Shown one piece after another: positions 1 through 13,539 of a stretch of DNA of 64,000 nucleotides. Both the position numbers and the translations under genes were made by a program. Numbering within the stretch: the first letter of the stretch is position 1; each line of letters opens with the position of its first letter. The notes under the pieces were generated by a model, which made no database searches, was not told where the DNA came from, and worked only from the letters and a program-made list of their open reading frames with translations. The stretch is from the human T2T-CHM13v2.0 reference genome, Homo sapiens: assembly GCF_009914755.1 (NCBI RefSeq), contig NC_060931.1. One strand, written 5' to 3'.

Positions 1-278
1 AAAAATATTCAGAAAAAATGTTTTTTAAAAAATTATACTACAACAATAAATAATAATACAAATTTAAAAATACATAGTCTAGCTATTTAGATAGCATGGA
101 CATTGCATTAGGCATTATAAATAATCTAGAGATGACTTAATGTCAATGGTAGGGAGAATACACATGGGTTATATGCAAATATTTTGCCATTTTATATAAG
201 ACTTGAGCATCCACAGATTTTTATATCCATAGGGGGCTCCTGGAACTAATCTCATGCATATACAGAGAAACAATTGCA
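1..278. mobile_element. MER2/MER2B-like TcMar-Tigger DNA transposon fragment
   Basis: Matches recalled MER2 consensus (aatctagagatga...ttatatgcaaata...ccattttatataagacttgagcatcc...ctcctggaactaatc). Confidence 0.75.
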
Positions 279-429
279 ACTCAATTTTCTACAAGTATCT
301 GTTACTTAATAAATGTATTTATATTTAATTTATTCAGAAAATTAATTTATTTCTCATAACTCCCCTATGCTCTACCACCTTAACTTGCTTTTTCTTCAGA
401 CCACATTTCTACCTCATATTACTTTATGT

Positions 430-565
430 AATTATTCACTGCATTTCCTCATTCCCCTAAAATGTAAATTCAATAAGACAAGAACTAAGTTTTGTTCACA
501 GCTTATAACCCCAGTACCTAGAACAGTGTCTGATATATACTTAGTAGTCAGTAGTTGTAGAATTT
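430..565 (+). mobile_element. L2 LINE 3' end remnant
   Basis: aaatgtaaattcaataagacaag...ttgttcacagct...ccccagtacctagaacagtgtctga is a typical L2 tail. Confidence 0.5.
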
Positions 566-977
566 TGTAGTTTGTTTCCCATTTGCTGCTCCAGACTGTT
601 CTAACCAACCACAGGCTTCAGATGAGATCTACTTTTGTCCCTAAGTGTTACAAAGTAGCCCTTCCTAGCTTACCATGATTACTTGAGGGCTATATGGAGA
701 AAGAATTCTCCCTGTGTAAGAACAACACCTAGGTAACAAATACAGCTATGTAACAAGTACATCTATGTAACATGTTAAAAGCCAAGTTTTAAGACAGTTA
801 AGCTGCTAAGATGTTTAAGTCACATAAGTGAAACTAGAAGCAGTTAGCTACTGCAATGGTCTAGATATGAGAGTAAAGGGCTATGAAGTAGAATACACAC
901 ACATATATATATGAAGTCACATATTTATATATTACAGGGAAAAAGATAAGTAGAAATAGTTTGCTTATACTATATAC

Positions 978-1050
978 CTTGTAGTCCAATCTGCAAAACA
1001 GCTGTTTTATTTCCACGATAAGTTAAAGAAGAGATAAGTGAAAGTTTTCC
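978..1050 (-). other. POT1: POT1 5'-UTR exon 3 (73 nt)
   Basis: Minus strand: acceptor tttttttttctcatttcag|GGAAAAC and donor CTACAAG|gtatat. Sequence matches my recollection of the POT1 mRNA leader. Confidence 0.88.
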
Positions 1051-1666
1051 CTGAAATGAGAAAAAAAAATAGTTACAAAGAGGAGTCAAAGGAGTTTATA
1101 ATAAAACCAAGATAGAAATAAAAATTAGAATTTTCTATAGCAACAGTTTTCTTTCAAGAAGTCAGAGTACTGTGTTCAAGTAACTATTTTAAGACAAGAA
1201 ACTGTTGAATTTGTTTTTCTAGAGAAAAATCAGATCTACAAATACTTCAAGGTTTATAATATAATTTCCTAAGTAATCCTATTAGTTAAGTACTATCAGT
1301 TCCTTATTTTGCAGATAACTAGATCAACTTTCCCTAGCTTTGTTTTAATCTGTAATATTGTTCTCTACAAAACAATAAAATGATGTTTGCTCCTAGAAAG
1401 AAATGAAAACTTAATAAAGATTTAGAAATGCAAAATGGAAATCTCATATAGTGTGGACAAATCAACAGATTAAGACACAAGTACAGTTTAGTCTTTGTTC
1501 AGTTTCTGTAACTAACCAGCTCTGTCAGTTTAAAAAAAGTTACTTAGATTATCAGATAAAATAAAGTTTTTAATCTGGATGGTTTTTGTAAATAAAATTT
1601 AAAAATAGATCCTATTAGCCTCCCAGGCTAATATTCCAGACTTTGATATAGCTAATAAAAAATAGA

Positions 1667-1722
1667 TCAATTTTACTTATAAAATAGGACTCAATTTTAC
1701 TTATACATCAATTTTACTTATA
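1667..1722. repeat. Three copies of tcaattttacttata
   Basis: Copies at 1667-1681, 1691-1705 and 1708-1722. Confidence 0.85.
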
Positions 1723-1799
1723 GGAACATAAATAAAAATATGGTTATCAACAAAGCATGATTCATAGTCAAAAGTAAAAGTAGTTACACTTAAAAGATA

Positions 1800-3050
1800 G
1801 AAAGCTGAAAAAAGTGTCAACAATAAAAAGTTAATCTGTAAATCTCAGAACCTTTCTTGACCCATCAGAGAGTTGAGGTCACAGGGCAACCAACTAAGCA
1901 GAAATCTGAGGAAAGCAAGTAATTCTCATTACTTCTAATGAGAATAAAACAATTGTTTTATTTCTATGATAAGTTAAAGAAAAGTGAAAGATTTCCCTGA
2001 AATGAGAAAAAAATAGTTACAAAGAAGAGCCAAAGTTTATAATCACACCAAGATACAAATAAAATTTTTATAGCAACTTGCTTACCTAAGGTAAATGACA
2101 AATGTTCCCAGACATCTGTAAGAAAAATTCATCTAACACTTTAATGAATTGCTAGAGGCCAAGTATGGTGCAATGAAAACACATGGAGCCCCCAAGCTGC
2201 AAACACAGGGGAATTCATTCATTTACATGCGCTTCTCTACAGACCTGACAAGGTTCAGGACAGAAGTAGGGCAATGGCAGCAGCAGTTACTGCACGAAAG
2301 GCTGGAAACTCTGCTTGGCTCTTTCTCCTCTATCTTTCTTTCAGAACAAAGGACTTAAAATGCTGGGAGAAGGGCAAAAAAAAACATGTCAATCCAAGAC
2401 CATTGGTGAAAACCCACTGCAGCTGGAAGGCAAGAACAGAAAAAAACACCTTCTATCCCTGTTAGGGATGGGCAGGAACGGGTACATAGGTGTAAGGCCC
2501 AGACCTATACAGCTAGAGGCAAAGCAGGATCATTGAGAAGGCCCCACTCACAAGACCCAGGACCTACTGCTACCAAGACAGGCTTCATCAGAACAGAGAA
2601 CATCTACCTATTAAAGGCTAACCAGTACCTAGTAAAAAGTAACATGGTCTACTACTGGAAGAGAAGCTCTTGAGCAGGGAGGAGATCTTATTTGAGGCAA
2701 AGCACAAAGGAAAGACCTAAAACTAAGGATGGGGAAGACAAGAGAAAAATCCTCTCGTCAACCATCTCCGATCCTACATACAAAGTAACTCTGAGGAATA
2801 TGAAGCCTCTAGTGCATTGAAGCACCAAAAACAACAACAAATCCCAAACCTAACTCTAAACCCGACTAGATTAATTCAATGCACCAAACTAAAGGCCTAG
2901 CACAAAGAAAGACCTACACATGCCCAGAAATAAAAACTACCCCAGTCTCCACTGTCCTCCACAAGACGTACAGCTTTGAACAATAACAACATATGAGGCA
3001 TACAAAAGAGGCAAGAAAAAACGCAAAGCAATCAAGAGAACCACAATCAA
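1800..3050 (+). mobile_element. Old L1M (L1MD/L1MC-like) 5' region
   Basis: gacccatcagagagttgaggtcacagggcaac...aattgctagaggccaag...ccccagtctccactgtcct resembles the 5' end of ancient L1M families. Confidence 0.45.
1946..2077. repeat. Diverged direct copy of 995-1144 (part of POT1 exon 3 plus its acceptor and upstream intron)
   Basis: aaaacaattgttttatttctatgataagttaaaga...ttccctgaaatgagaaaaaaatagttacaaag...tatagcaac aligns with 995-1144. Confidence 0.9.
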
Positions 3051-4374
3051 TTAGATTAAATGACATTAATCAAATTAAACTCAAAGCAGGTGCTTTTGCT
3101 TCACTTGTATGTGATCCAACTAGAAGAAAAGTCTCAGAGTAGAGGGGATAATCAGAAAAAATATAAAGTTATAGTTATTGGAATGGGCCACACTGGTTTT
3201 AGAACAATGAAAAGAGAGCAAAAAGCACCTAAGCATGTAGGAAGACACTCCTAGCACCTGCGAAAGGGCCCTAGCACCTGGAGAAGAAAACTCTAGAACT
3301 TGGAAAGGGAATCCCTTAGGTCCCAGGAGGTGTAGGGGAGGGGAGGCATTAATCATCTTTGTCTTTCAGAACTCCAGGAACCTCCTTTCCCAAGGAAAAA
3401 TATTCTGGTGCTACTCTCAGAAACTACTGGGAAATTTGAAAGTAAATCAACTGCTAAGCCTGCCTACCATGTCTCACCCAACTGCTCTAACCATGAGCCA
3501 GCAGGGCATGGCCCAGCTCCTGCAGCTTGGATGCTGATTACTTCCAAATGCCATCCATAACTAGGACAAATGGATTAGTAAATTAAGACAAATTTAACAA
3601 ACTGCCCTGAGGCAGTCTCTCTGAAAACCAGACCAAACTAAATTACCGGGACTAAACTAGGGGCCTTAGGAGACTACTAGCTAACTAATAACACAAGAGG
3701 CACTGTCAACCCATGCTGCCTGCCTATCTATTAATACACACTTCCTAGAGGGGGGACCAACAATTATAAACTGTTTGTTTTCAGGGGTAGCATGTGTGCC
3801 ACTGGGACTGCGTTTCTTGTGTGAAAGGCAGAAACTAACCAAATAAACAGTGTGACTTGCACCTAGGAGTAGTAATAAGAAACATAAGAAACATTCAAGT
3901 CTTCAGTAAACGACCTTTTTGGGTGATCATGCTATACATTATGTCAACAGTTTTACCTACAATGGAAGTTATTCCATTAGAAAGGTGGTAGGAAATTTGT
4001 CCCTGCCCTTGTTGAAGTGAGCAAAGAAAACTGGAACCTGAGTTAAAAGACAAGCTTTGAAAATTAAAGGACACTGAGAGACTTCCAGAGAGACTGATGT
4101 CCCAGAATTACATGTTTACAATTCAACAGATGAAATCTATAGCTATTCCCTTAAATTCCAAATGACGTATTTACATTAAGGAAATGAGGTTTCTCTCCCT
4201 CTCTCGGGAGGGGTAAAGCTGAATAGCTGCCCTATATAAACTCCTAGATGCATCATTTCAGCCTTCCTCTCTGAGAGTACAAGAAATCCCCTTCACACAG
4301 CAGGAAGACATCTGGCCCTCACTGCATCACTCTGAATGGGGAGGATGGGCAGGGAGTTATTGCTGAGAATAATA

Positions 4375-4724
4375 TAATTATGTGGTGCTTAACAACAGGG
4401 ATACATTCTGAAAAATGTGTTGTCAGGCAATTTCGTCTTTGTGTGAACATCAGAGTATGCCTAAACCAACTTAGATTGTACAGCCTACTATACACCGAGG
4501 CTATACAATATAGCTTATTGCTTTTAAGCTATAAACCTGTACAACATATACGGTATTGAATACTGTAGGCAATTATAAGACAATGGTAAGTATGTATGTA
4601 TCTAAACATATAAAAACCTAGAAAAGGTAGAGTAAAAACACAATACTATGATGTTATGGGATGGACCACCATCATATATATGCAGTGCAGTGTTGACTGA
4701 GATGTTGTATATGGTGCATAACTG
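4375..4724 (+). mobile_element. Tigger3a (MER7A/Golem) MITE
   Basis: gcttaacaacagggatacattctgaaaaatgtg...atgggatggaccaccatc...gcataactg, with flanking TA duplication. Confidence 0.8.
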
Positions 4725-4811
4725 TAATAAGAGTCTGCCTGTATTCTAGAAATCCTGTTTGCTTTTAGGACAAAAATGAATTAGTATAGATATAAAAAAT
4801 GTAACACATCC

Positions 4812-5214
4812 TGTTATGGACTTAATTGTGTTCTCCCAAATTACAGGTTGAAGCTCTAACCCTCAACAACTCTGAATTTGACTGTATTTGGAGACAGGGC
4901 CATTAAATAGGTAGTTTGGTTAAAAAGAGGCCATTAGAATGTGCCTCTTTTGTGCCACCAGTCTGACTGGTATCCCCAAAAGAAAATGGGACACACAGAA
5001 ACACAACAGAGTCTCAGGCACGTACAGAGAAAATGCCAGGTGAAGACACAGCGAGAAGGTGAGCATCTGCAAGCCAAGGAGAGAGACCTCAGAAGAAACC
5101 AACCCTGCAGCCACTTTGATACTGATCTTCTAGCCTTCAGAACTATGAGAAAATAAATGTTTAAGCCACCCAATCTGTGGTACTTTGTTATGGCTGACCT
5201 GACAAACTAATATA
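4812..5214 (+). mobile_element. MLT1B/MLT1A-type MaLR solo LTR
   Basis: tgttatggacttaattgtg...caagccaaggagagagacctcagaagaaaccaaccctgc...tactttgttatggc...aactaatata. Confidence 0.85.
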
Positions 5215-5494
5215 CCCTCTTTAAAAACTGGGGATTTTCTAAGCTCAGTGCCCCTCAGATGTGCTACAAACTCCGTGTGCACGTTATGTACCTGTCCCTG
5301 CCCCCATGGGACTTGGGGAGGAAAGAAGAACCAGTGCAAACATAAAGTTCATGTTCCCTGCTGTGCCAATAAGTAATATACTACCTAAATCTATTTGGGT
5401 GCCTTGCCTCCTTAACAGCTGAATCTAGAGAAGTGTAGCATGCCAACCTATGAGCTATATCACATACTGTTGCTTAGGAACTATTTGAACATTT

Positions 5495-5985
5495 GACCTT
5501 TACTCAAATGAAATAAAAACCTATGTTCAGATAAAAATCTGTACATATATATTTACAGTTGCATTATTCACCATCACAAAAACTGGAAAGAATCCAAATA
5601 TTCCTACACTGGGCAATGGATAAATAGGCTGCAACAAAATTCTAATCACCAAAAGAAAGAAATACTAATGAAAAAAACAACCTGAAAGAATGTTATACGT
5701 ATCATAGTAAGTGAAAGAAGCCAGATGCAAAAGGCTACATGCTGTATAATGCCATTTATATGACATTCTTGAAAAACAAAAAAACAGTGTCAGGAAATTG
5801 GTAAGCAGTCATGAGTGGTTAGAGTTGGCAAAACAGCTAACTATAAAATTTTGGAAGGTGATGAACGAATTGATTGTGATTGTGGTTACATACACATTTG
5901 CACGTATTCGTCAAAACTCACAGAAGTGTATGCAAAAAACAGAATGTAGCACTAAAATCCATTTAATAAAATTCAAAAAACATAG
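5495..5985 (+). mobile_element. Old L1M (L1MB-ME) 3' end
   Basis: gaaataaaaacctatgttca...gcattattc...aagtgaaagaagccagatgcaaaaggctaca. Confidence 0.65.
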
Positions 5986-6214
5986 ATATCTGCAGGTTAG
6001 AAAAGGGTAAGTACACAATAGAGAGCTGAAAAATTATTCAGATATGTAAAAGAACACAAATACTTCAATCTTTTTTTTTAAAAAAGTGAGCATTCTACAT
6101 AACAATCTGTTAACCATGAAAAATACATAAAAGCTATTTCCTAGTTTTAACCCTAGTAGATACTAATGTGTTCACTTATAGCTAAAAGAATTCATTAATA
6201 AAAATGTTAAAATT

Positions 6215-6517
6215 GGACAGGGGCAATGCTCATGCCTGTAATCCCAGCACTTTGAGAGGTCAAGGTGGGAGGATTGCTTGAGGCTGGGAGTTTGAGACCA
6301 GCCTGGGCAACACAGAAAGATCCTGCCACTATAAAAAAAAAATTTTTTTAATTAGCTGGGCGTGGTGGCATGTGCCTATAATCCCAGCTACTTGGGAGGC
6401 TGAGGCAGGAGGATTCCTTGAGCCCAGGAGTTTGAGGTTACAATGAGCTACAATCATACCCCAGCACTCTAGCCTGGGTGACAGAGCAAGATCCATCTCT
6501 TAAGCAAACAAATAAGA
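6215..6517 (+). mobile_element. AluJ
   Basis: Dimeric Alu with J-type ggaggattgcttgag in both arms; degenerate TSD aaaatgtt(a/g)aaa. Confidence 0.9.
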
Positions 6518-7039
6518 AAATGTTGAAACTTAAAAAAATATTTCACTAATATAAGTAAGAACAAAAATAAAATAAGAACTTAGCAAACTGTCATAGTATT
6601 TAACATTTCTATATCAAGCACACAAAACAATAAAAGTATGTCAAAACTAGATGCAGCTTGGAAATAATCAGTATTAATGATATGTCAAAAAGAAATCAAA
6701 TCATAGCACTTTATTAATAAATACAAGTATACAAGAAATATCACACTAACTGACCAAATGTAAAATAAGTTGAGAATGCTAACAAGCATCTGATAATCAT
6801 TTAAATGCAATTAAGTAGAAAAGACCAGCTGTAATTCATAAAACCTTATTTAATAAGAAAGAAAATTCCAGGAAAATAAATAGAAATAAAACTTAAAAAG
6901 AAATAAATAGGTGAGTAAAATGTGTAACAAACGTCTATACGAAGAATATAGACAAGCAAAACTGAAATGTAGATTTCTCTCTATTATCAGATGCATTTTG
7001 TCCCTCACCCCCTCAACTAAAATTTAAAAACTCACTAAA

Positions 7040-8330
7040 AATGCATCCAGAATATTGGATATGGCAGACAAAAGGTTCAGTGAACTCAAAGAGAGAGCAA
7101 CAGAAATTACTCAACTGAAAATCCTCTCTGCCACACAAATAAAACACAATAAAATAAAGGAGAAAGGAACAGAATCTCAGAGATCCGTGTTACAGTATCA
7201 AATAGCCTAATACATGAACATACACACGTAATTGGCATCCCAAAAAAGAGAAAAGGGTAATAATGTGGCAGGAAAAAAAAATATTTCAAGAAATATTATA
7301 CAATAATTTCCCAAATTTGATGAAAAATACTGAATGAATCCAAGAAGCTCAGTTACCCACAGAGGAGAAATTCAAAGAAAAAGCTTACTTAAGCACATGC
7401 CAGTCCAACTGCTGAAACTAAAAGATAAAACAGAAAGGTGGCAGGAAAAAAAATGCAAATCACATACGAAACAACAGAATCCAGAAAGCAGTGGACCGGC
7501 ATCTCTATAGTCCTAAAAGAAAAAAAAAGTCAACACAGAATTCTATATCCAATAAATATATCCTTGAAAACAAACATGAAATAAAGGCATTTTCAAATGA
7601 ATGAAAGCTAAGAGAAGTTATCCCCAGCTGAAATATATGAAATGGTAGATATTTTTCACAATGAAGGGAAATAATGCCCAGATAAAAATGGATCTACAGG
7701 TAAAAATGAAGAACACCAGAAATGGTAAATATGTCAGTAAATATAAAGACTATACTTTTTCCTTCTTTTAATTTCCTTAAAAGATGACTCATTGTTTAAA
7801 CAAAAGCAGTAATATAACATAGAGTTTATAATACATGTACATGTAAAAGATCATAACAGTTCAATGAACAGGGGAGTGAGTAAATGGAATTTCACTATTA
7901 TAAGATTCTTATATTTGTCAAGGGGGAAGAAAAAGCAGGACATGAGAAATAACAACTGTAACATGGGGAGTGGTACAATAGTAGCTGTAAGTATACCTTA
8001 GTAAGGATGTATATTGTTAGTACTAGCATAACCACTAAAGGAACAAAACGGGTGTTGCTCAAAGCCAATGGTGAAAATAAAATAGAATAAAAAATATTTA
8101 ACCCAAAAGAACTCAGGAAGGAGAACAAAAAACAGGCAAAACAAAGGGAACTCAAATTGTTTGACAGACAAACAAAACCATATCAATAATTATTTTACAT
8201 AAATTGACTATGCTGATTAAATAGTGAGACTGTCAGACTGGATCAAAAAAGCATGATCCCGTTATATGCTAACAGATACTTAAAATACCAAACCATAAGT
8301 AAGTTGAAAAAGAAAGGAAATGTTCATACA
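7040..8330 (+). mobile_element. Old L1M ORF1 / ORF1-ORF2 boundary fragment
   Basis: aatttcccaaatttgatgaaaa...atccaagaagctcag...agaattctatatcca; degraded with no long ORF. Confidence 0.65.
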
Positions 8331-8339
8331 CTCAATATA

Positions 8340-11300
8340 AGGGCCACACTACCACAGGCACCCAAAATCAAAGCCAAAGTATCTTAACCAACAACATACA
8401 TACATCTTCAGAAAACATTTCTTTGCTACAAATGCAATTTCAAAAAAAATAGAACAAGCAATTGCTACACTAGATGCACAGATATCAAAGGAAGGGCACA
8501 GGAAACATGAAAAAGCAGGGAAATATGATATCACCAAAAGACCACAACAATTATCTAGCAATATATATCAATTAAAAAAAATTCCTCGAAATGCCAGATA
8601 AAGAATTCAAAATAGTGATTTTAAAGAAGTTTAATGAGATTCAAGAGAAATCTGAAAACCAATACAAAGAAATCAGAAAATGAATTCTGTTTATGAATGA
8701 GAGATTTACCAATGAGACAGACATCTTTAAAAAAAGAAAAGAAAACGGAAACCATGAATTAAAAAATTGAAGAAAATACAAAATATATTCAAAAGATTCA
8801 ATAACAGATTAGATCAAGCAAAAGAAAGAATCTCAGAACCTGAAGACAGAACGAAATTTTGAAATAATGCGGTCAGGCAAAAATAGGAAAAAGCATAAAA
8901 AGGAATGAGCAAAGCCATTTGAGATGTCCAGGACTACATAAAGCAAACAAACATATGAATTATCAGTATTCCTAAGGGGGAAGAGAGATTAGAAAGTTAA
9001 AAAAACCTATTTAAGGAAATAATCAATGAAAACTTCCTAAGTCTAGCAAGAGCATCAGACATCCAGATACAGGAGGCCCAGCTATCCCCAGGAAAATACA
9101 CTGCAAAAAGGACTTCATCATACACATTATATTCAGAATGTGTAAAGTCAAAGTTAAAAAAAAAAAAATCTTAAAATTACCAAGAGAAAAGCATCTATCT
9201 AGTCACCTATAAAGAAAACATTATAAAACTAACTGGACTTTTCAGCAGAAATCTTACAGGCCAGAAGAGAAAGAATAACATTTTCCAAGTGCTCAAACAA
9301 ACAAACAAACAAACAAAAAAACTGTAAGCCAAAATTTTATATCCTGCCAGAATAAGCTTAATAAATAAAAGAGATATAAAAAATTTCCCAGATAAGCAAA
9401 CAACGCGGGACTCAGTAGTGAAAAAAAGTAGAAAGATCACAAATTAACACACTAGCATCACACCTCAATGAAACCAGAAAAACAAGAACAAACGAAAGTC
9501 AGAGTTAGCAGAAGCAAAGAAATAACAAAGATCAGAGCAGAACTAAATGAACAAAAATCCAAAAAAAAAAAAACCCAAAGGATCAATGAAAAAAAAGTTG
9601 GTTATTTAAAGAGAGAAACAAAATTGATGAACTACCAGCTAGACTAACCAAGAAAAGGAGAGAAAAGATCCAAATAAAATCAGAGAGGAAAAAAGAGACA
9701 TTACAACTGATACCACAGAAATTCTAAAGGTAATTAGAGACTACTATGTATAACTATATGCCCATAAACTAGAAAACCAAGAGAAAATGGATAAATTGCT
9801 GGAAACATACAGCCTCCCAAGACTGACCCAGGAAGAAAGAGAATTCCTGAACAGATCAATGATGACAGCAAGACTGTATCAGTAATAAAAAAATCCCAAT
9901 AAAAGAAAGTCCAGGACCAGATGGATTCACAGCCTAGATGTACAAAACACAAAAAGAACTAACACCAATCCACCTGAAACTATTCCAAAACTACTGAGGA
10001 GGGAATTCTCCCTAACTCATTCTACAAGGTATCACCCTGATATCAAAACCAGACAAAGAACACAAAAACAAAAACTACAGACTAGTATCTCTGATGACAT
10101 CGATGCAAAATTATTAACAAAATACTAGCAAATTGAATCCAACAGCATGTCAAAAAGATCATACACCATGATCAAGTGAGATTTATCTCAGGGACGCAAG
10201 AATAGTTCAACATACGCAAATCAGTAAGTGTTATACATCACATAAACAGAATTAAGGACAAAAACCAGATGATCATCCCAACAGATGAAGAAAAAGCATT
10301 TGATAAAATTCATCTTCCATTCATGACAAAAATCCTCAACAAACTAGATAGAGAAGGAACATCCCTCAACATAATAAAGGTCATGTATGACAAATCCACA
10401 GCCAACATAATACTGAATTGGGGAAAAGTTGAAAAGATTCCCTCTAAGAATTGGAACAAGATAAGGATACCCACTTTCACCACTCTTACTCAATATAGTA
10501 CTGCAAGTCCTAGCCAGAACAATGAGGCAAGGGAAAAAAACAAAAGGCATCCAAATTGGGAAAGAAGTAGCAAATTATCATAGTTGGCTAATGATATGAT
10601 CTTGTATACAGAAAGCCCTCAAGACTCCACCAAAAATCTCTTAGGTTGGTAAATTAAGTAAAGCTTCAGGATACAAAATCAATGTACAAAAATCAGTAAT
10701 GTTTCTATACATCAATAAAAATCTAGCTGAGTACCAAATCAAGAATGCAATCCCATTTACAACAGCTACAAAAATAAAATAAAATGCCTAGGAATATATT
10801 TAACTAACAAGGTGAAAGATCTCTGCAAGGAAAACTACAAAGGACGGATGAAATAAATTGTAAACAACATAAAAAAATGGAAAAACATCCCATGCTCGTG
10901 GATCAGAAGAATTAATATTATTAAAATGAACATACTTCCCAAAGCTACAGATTCAATGCAATCCTTATCAAATTACTGATGTCATTCTTCACAGAATTAG
11001 AAAAAAACAATTCTAAAGTTCATATGGAACCAAAAAAGAACCCAAATTGCCAAAGCAATCCTAATCAAAAAGAACAATGCTGGAGGTACACGTTGCCTCA
11101 CTTCAAAATGTATTACAAGGCTACAGCAACCAAAATAGCATGGTACTAGTATAAAAATAGACACACAGATAAATGGAACAAAATAGAGAAACCAGAAATA
11201 AAGTCAAATACTTACAGCCAACTGATCTATGACAAAGATGGCAAGAACACTACACTGGGGAGAAGACACACTTTTCAATTAATGGTGCTGGGAAAACGGG

Positions 11301-12497
11301 ATTGCCACATGCAGAAGAGTGAAACTGGAACGTATATGTCACCATACACGAAAATAAACTTAAGACGGATTAAAGATTTGAATGTAAGACCCAAAACTAT
11401 AAAAATATAGAAGAAAACCTAGGAAAAACTCTTCTAGATATTGGTTTAGGCAAACAATTCATGACTAAGACCTCAAAAGCACAGGCAATAAAAACACAAA
11501 TAGACAAATGAAACTTAATTAAGCTAAAAAGCTTCTGTGCTACAAAAGAAATAACAGAATGAACAATCTCAGGAATGAGAGAAAATATTTGCAAACTATA
11601 CATTCAACAGAGGACTAATATCCAGAATTTACAAGGGACTCAACCAAAAAACCCCCAAATAAGCCCATTAAAAAGTGGGCTAAGGACATGAACATTTTTC
11701 AGAAGAAGATAAACAAATAGCCAACAAGCACATGATAAAATGTTCAATATAACTAATCATCAGTAAAATGCAGATTAAAACCACAATGAAATATCACCTT
11801 ACACCAATCAGAATGGGTATTAAAAAGACAAAGAAAAAACAGACATTGGGGTGCAAAGAAAAAGGAATTGTTATACACTGTCGGTGAGAATGTACATTAG
11901 TACAACCTCTATGGAAAACAGTATAATGAGTTTTCGAATAACTAAAAATAGAACTACCATTTGACCCAGCAATCCCACTACTGGGTATGTACCCAAAGGA
12001 AAAGAAATCATTAAATAAAAAAGAGACCTGCACTCATATGTATACCACAGCAGTATTCAAAATCACAAAGATATGCAATCAACCAAAGTGTACATCGATG
12101 GAGGACTGGATTTAAAAAGTCACATATGTACACAATACTATTTAGACATTAAAAAGAATGAAATTATGTCTTTTGCAGCAACATGGATAGAAATGGAGAC
12201 CATTATCTTAAATGAAACAACTGAGACACAGAAAGAGAAATACTGCATGTTCTCACTCAAAAATGTGAACTAAATAATGTGTACACACAGAAGCAGAGTG
12301 TACAGAGATGGACAATGGAAACTTGGAGGGGTAGGGGATTAGGAGTGGAGTGGATGATGGGAGGTTGCTTGGTGGGTACAAGCTGCATTGCTCCAGTGAC
12401 AGATGCACTGAAGGCCCTTACTTTACCACAGTGCTATATATCAACATAGCAAAACTGCACTTGTTTCCCACACCTATTTACAAAATAAATTTTAAAA
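8340..12497 (+). mobile_element. L1PB4-like LINE-1 with internal deletion, antisense in POT1 intron 2
   Basis: ORF1 remnant, ORF2 RT remnant (ORF 10269-10583, EKAFDKI...) and an L1PB-type 3'UTR ending ...aaaactgcacttgtttcccac...aaaataaa. Confidence 0.85.
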
Positions 12498-12744
12498 ATT
12501 TTGTTTAAATTATCAAAAGTATCACAACTCATTTCTTGAAAGACATTTTCTGCTTTCATTTTTTCACCTGACATTCAATCCTCAAACTACTGAAAAATGA
12601 ATTTGCTCTTAGTGTTTAAGCAAAACTAATCTTTCCAAGTGATCAATAATTTCTTGGTTATTAGAATGAACAGATACTTTTCAGACCTTTGAGCATCTAA
12701 TAGCAACATAATGCTCTGTTTAGTAGCAAAGACAATGGGAATGC

Positions 12745-12930
12745 AAATCACTGCTCAGCCACTTACTGGCTATTAGACCTTGAATAAATCACTTAACCTG
12801 TGTTTGTTTTCCAGCTATAAAATGAGAATAATACTTAGAGTTCTTAGGAGAGAACATATACAAAGAGATTACATATACAAAGCATTTAGGAGAGTGCCTA
12901 CTAGACAACAATCTATACAAGTGTTATTGA
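12745..12930 (+). mobile_element. MIR SINE
   Basis: gccacttactggct...accttgaataaatcacttaacct...tataaaatgagaataata core. Confidence 0.7.
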
Positions 12931-13339
12931 AACTTGCATTCTTACGTATCAAAGACTCCTGAGTTTCTTCCTCCTTCTCTAGACCATCTCTGCTACTTAT
13001 TCATACTACTTTCTTTCACTGACTCCTTCAACATGGTTCTCTTCTCTTCTATGCTTTGGCTCAAACCCATCTAAATGAGAGTCCCTTTGGGCTTCAAACT
13101 CCCCAATCCACTTGCCTACTGCACACTACTATTTATATACCTCTAAAGACCTTTCAAATATGACCAAAATTGAACTTATCATGTTTCTCCCTAAGTATGT
13201 ACCCCCTATTTTCTTCTCCTTGTTGGCTAGGAATTAGAAACAGAAGTTTCCTGAATTTCTCTTTGCCACTCTAGTCTAATTGTTCTCTAAGACCTACTGA
13301 TTCTGCTTCTTTATCCTGTCAGGTCTAAAGGAAATCATC

Positions 13340-13530
13340 TATATTCAAATTCCTGCTCTACTTCATATCATCAATATGATCTCAGGCAAATTGCTTAACC
13401 TTTCTGAAACACAGTGTCTTTAATAACAGTACCTATGTCATAGGTCTTTGTGATGATTAAATAATATACGTAAAAACTACCTAACGCATGGAAAAAAATG
13501 CAATGAATGTTAACTTTAGTTATTATTATT
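13340..13530 (+). mobile_element. MIR SINE
   Basis: ttcaaattcctgctctac...tcaggcaaattgcttaacctttctga...gattaaataatatacgtaaaa. Confidence 0.65.
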
Positions 13531-13539
13531 ACTATCTTT

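Larger units (their letters stand above)
4050..5490 (+). mobile_element. Fragmented ERVL-class LTR remnants (LTR40/41/52-like), split by Tigger3a and MLT1B
   Basis: cctatataaactcc TATA-like box, then catgttccctgctgtgccaataagtaata...tgtagcatgccaacct, typical of these LTR 3' ends. Confidence 0.35.

Noticed and set aside
3089-3125. gtgcttttgcttc start resembling U6 snRNA
   Set aside because: Similarity does not extend beyond ~12 nt
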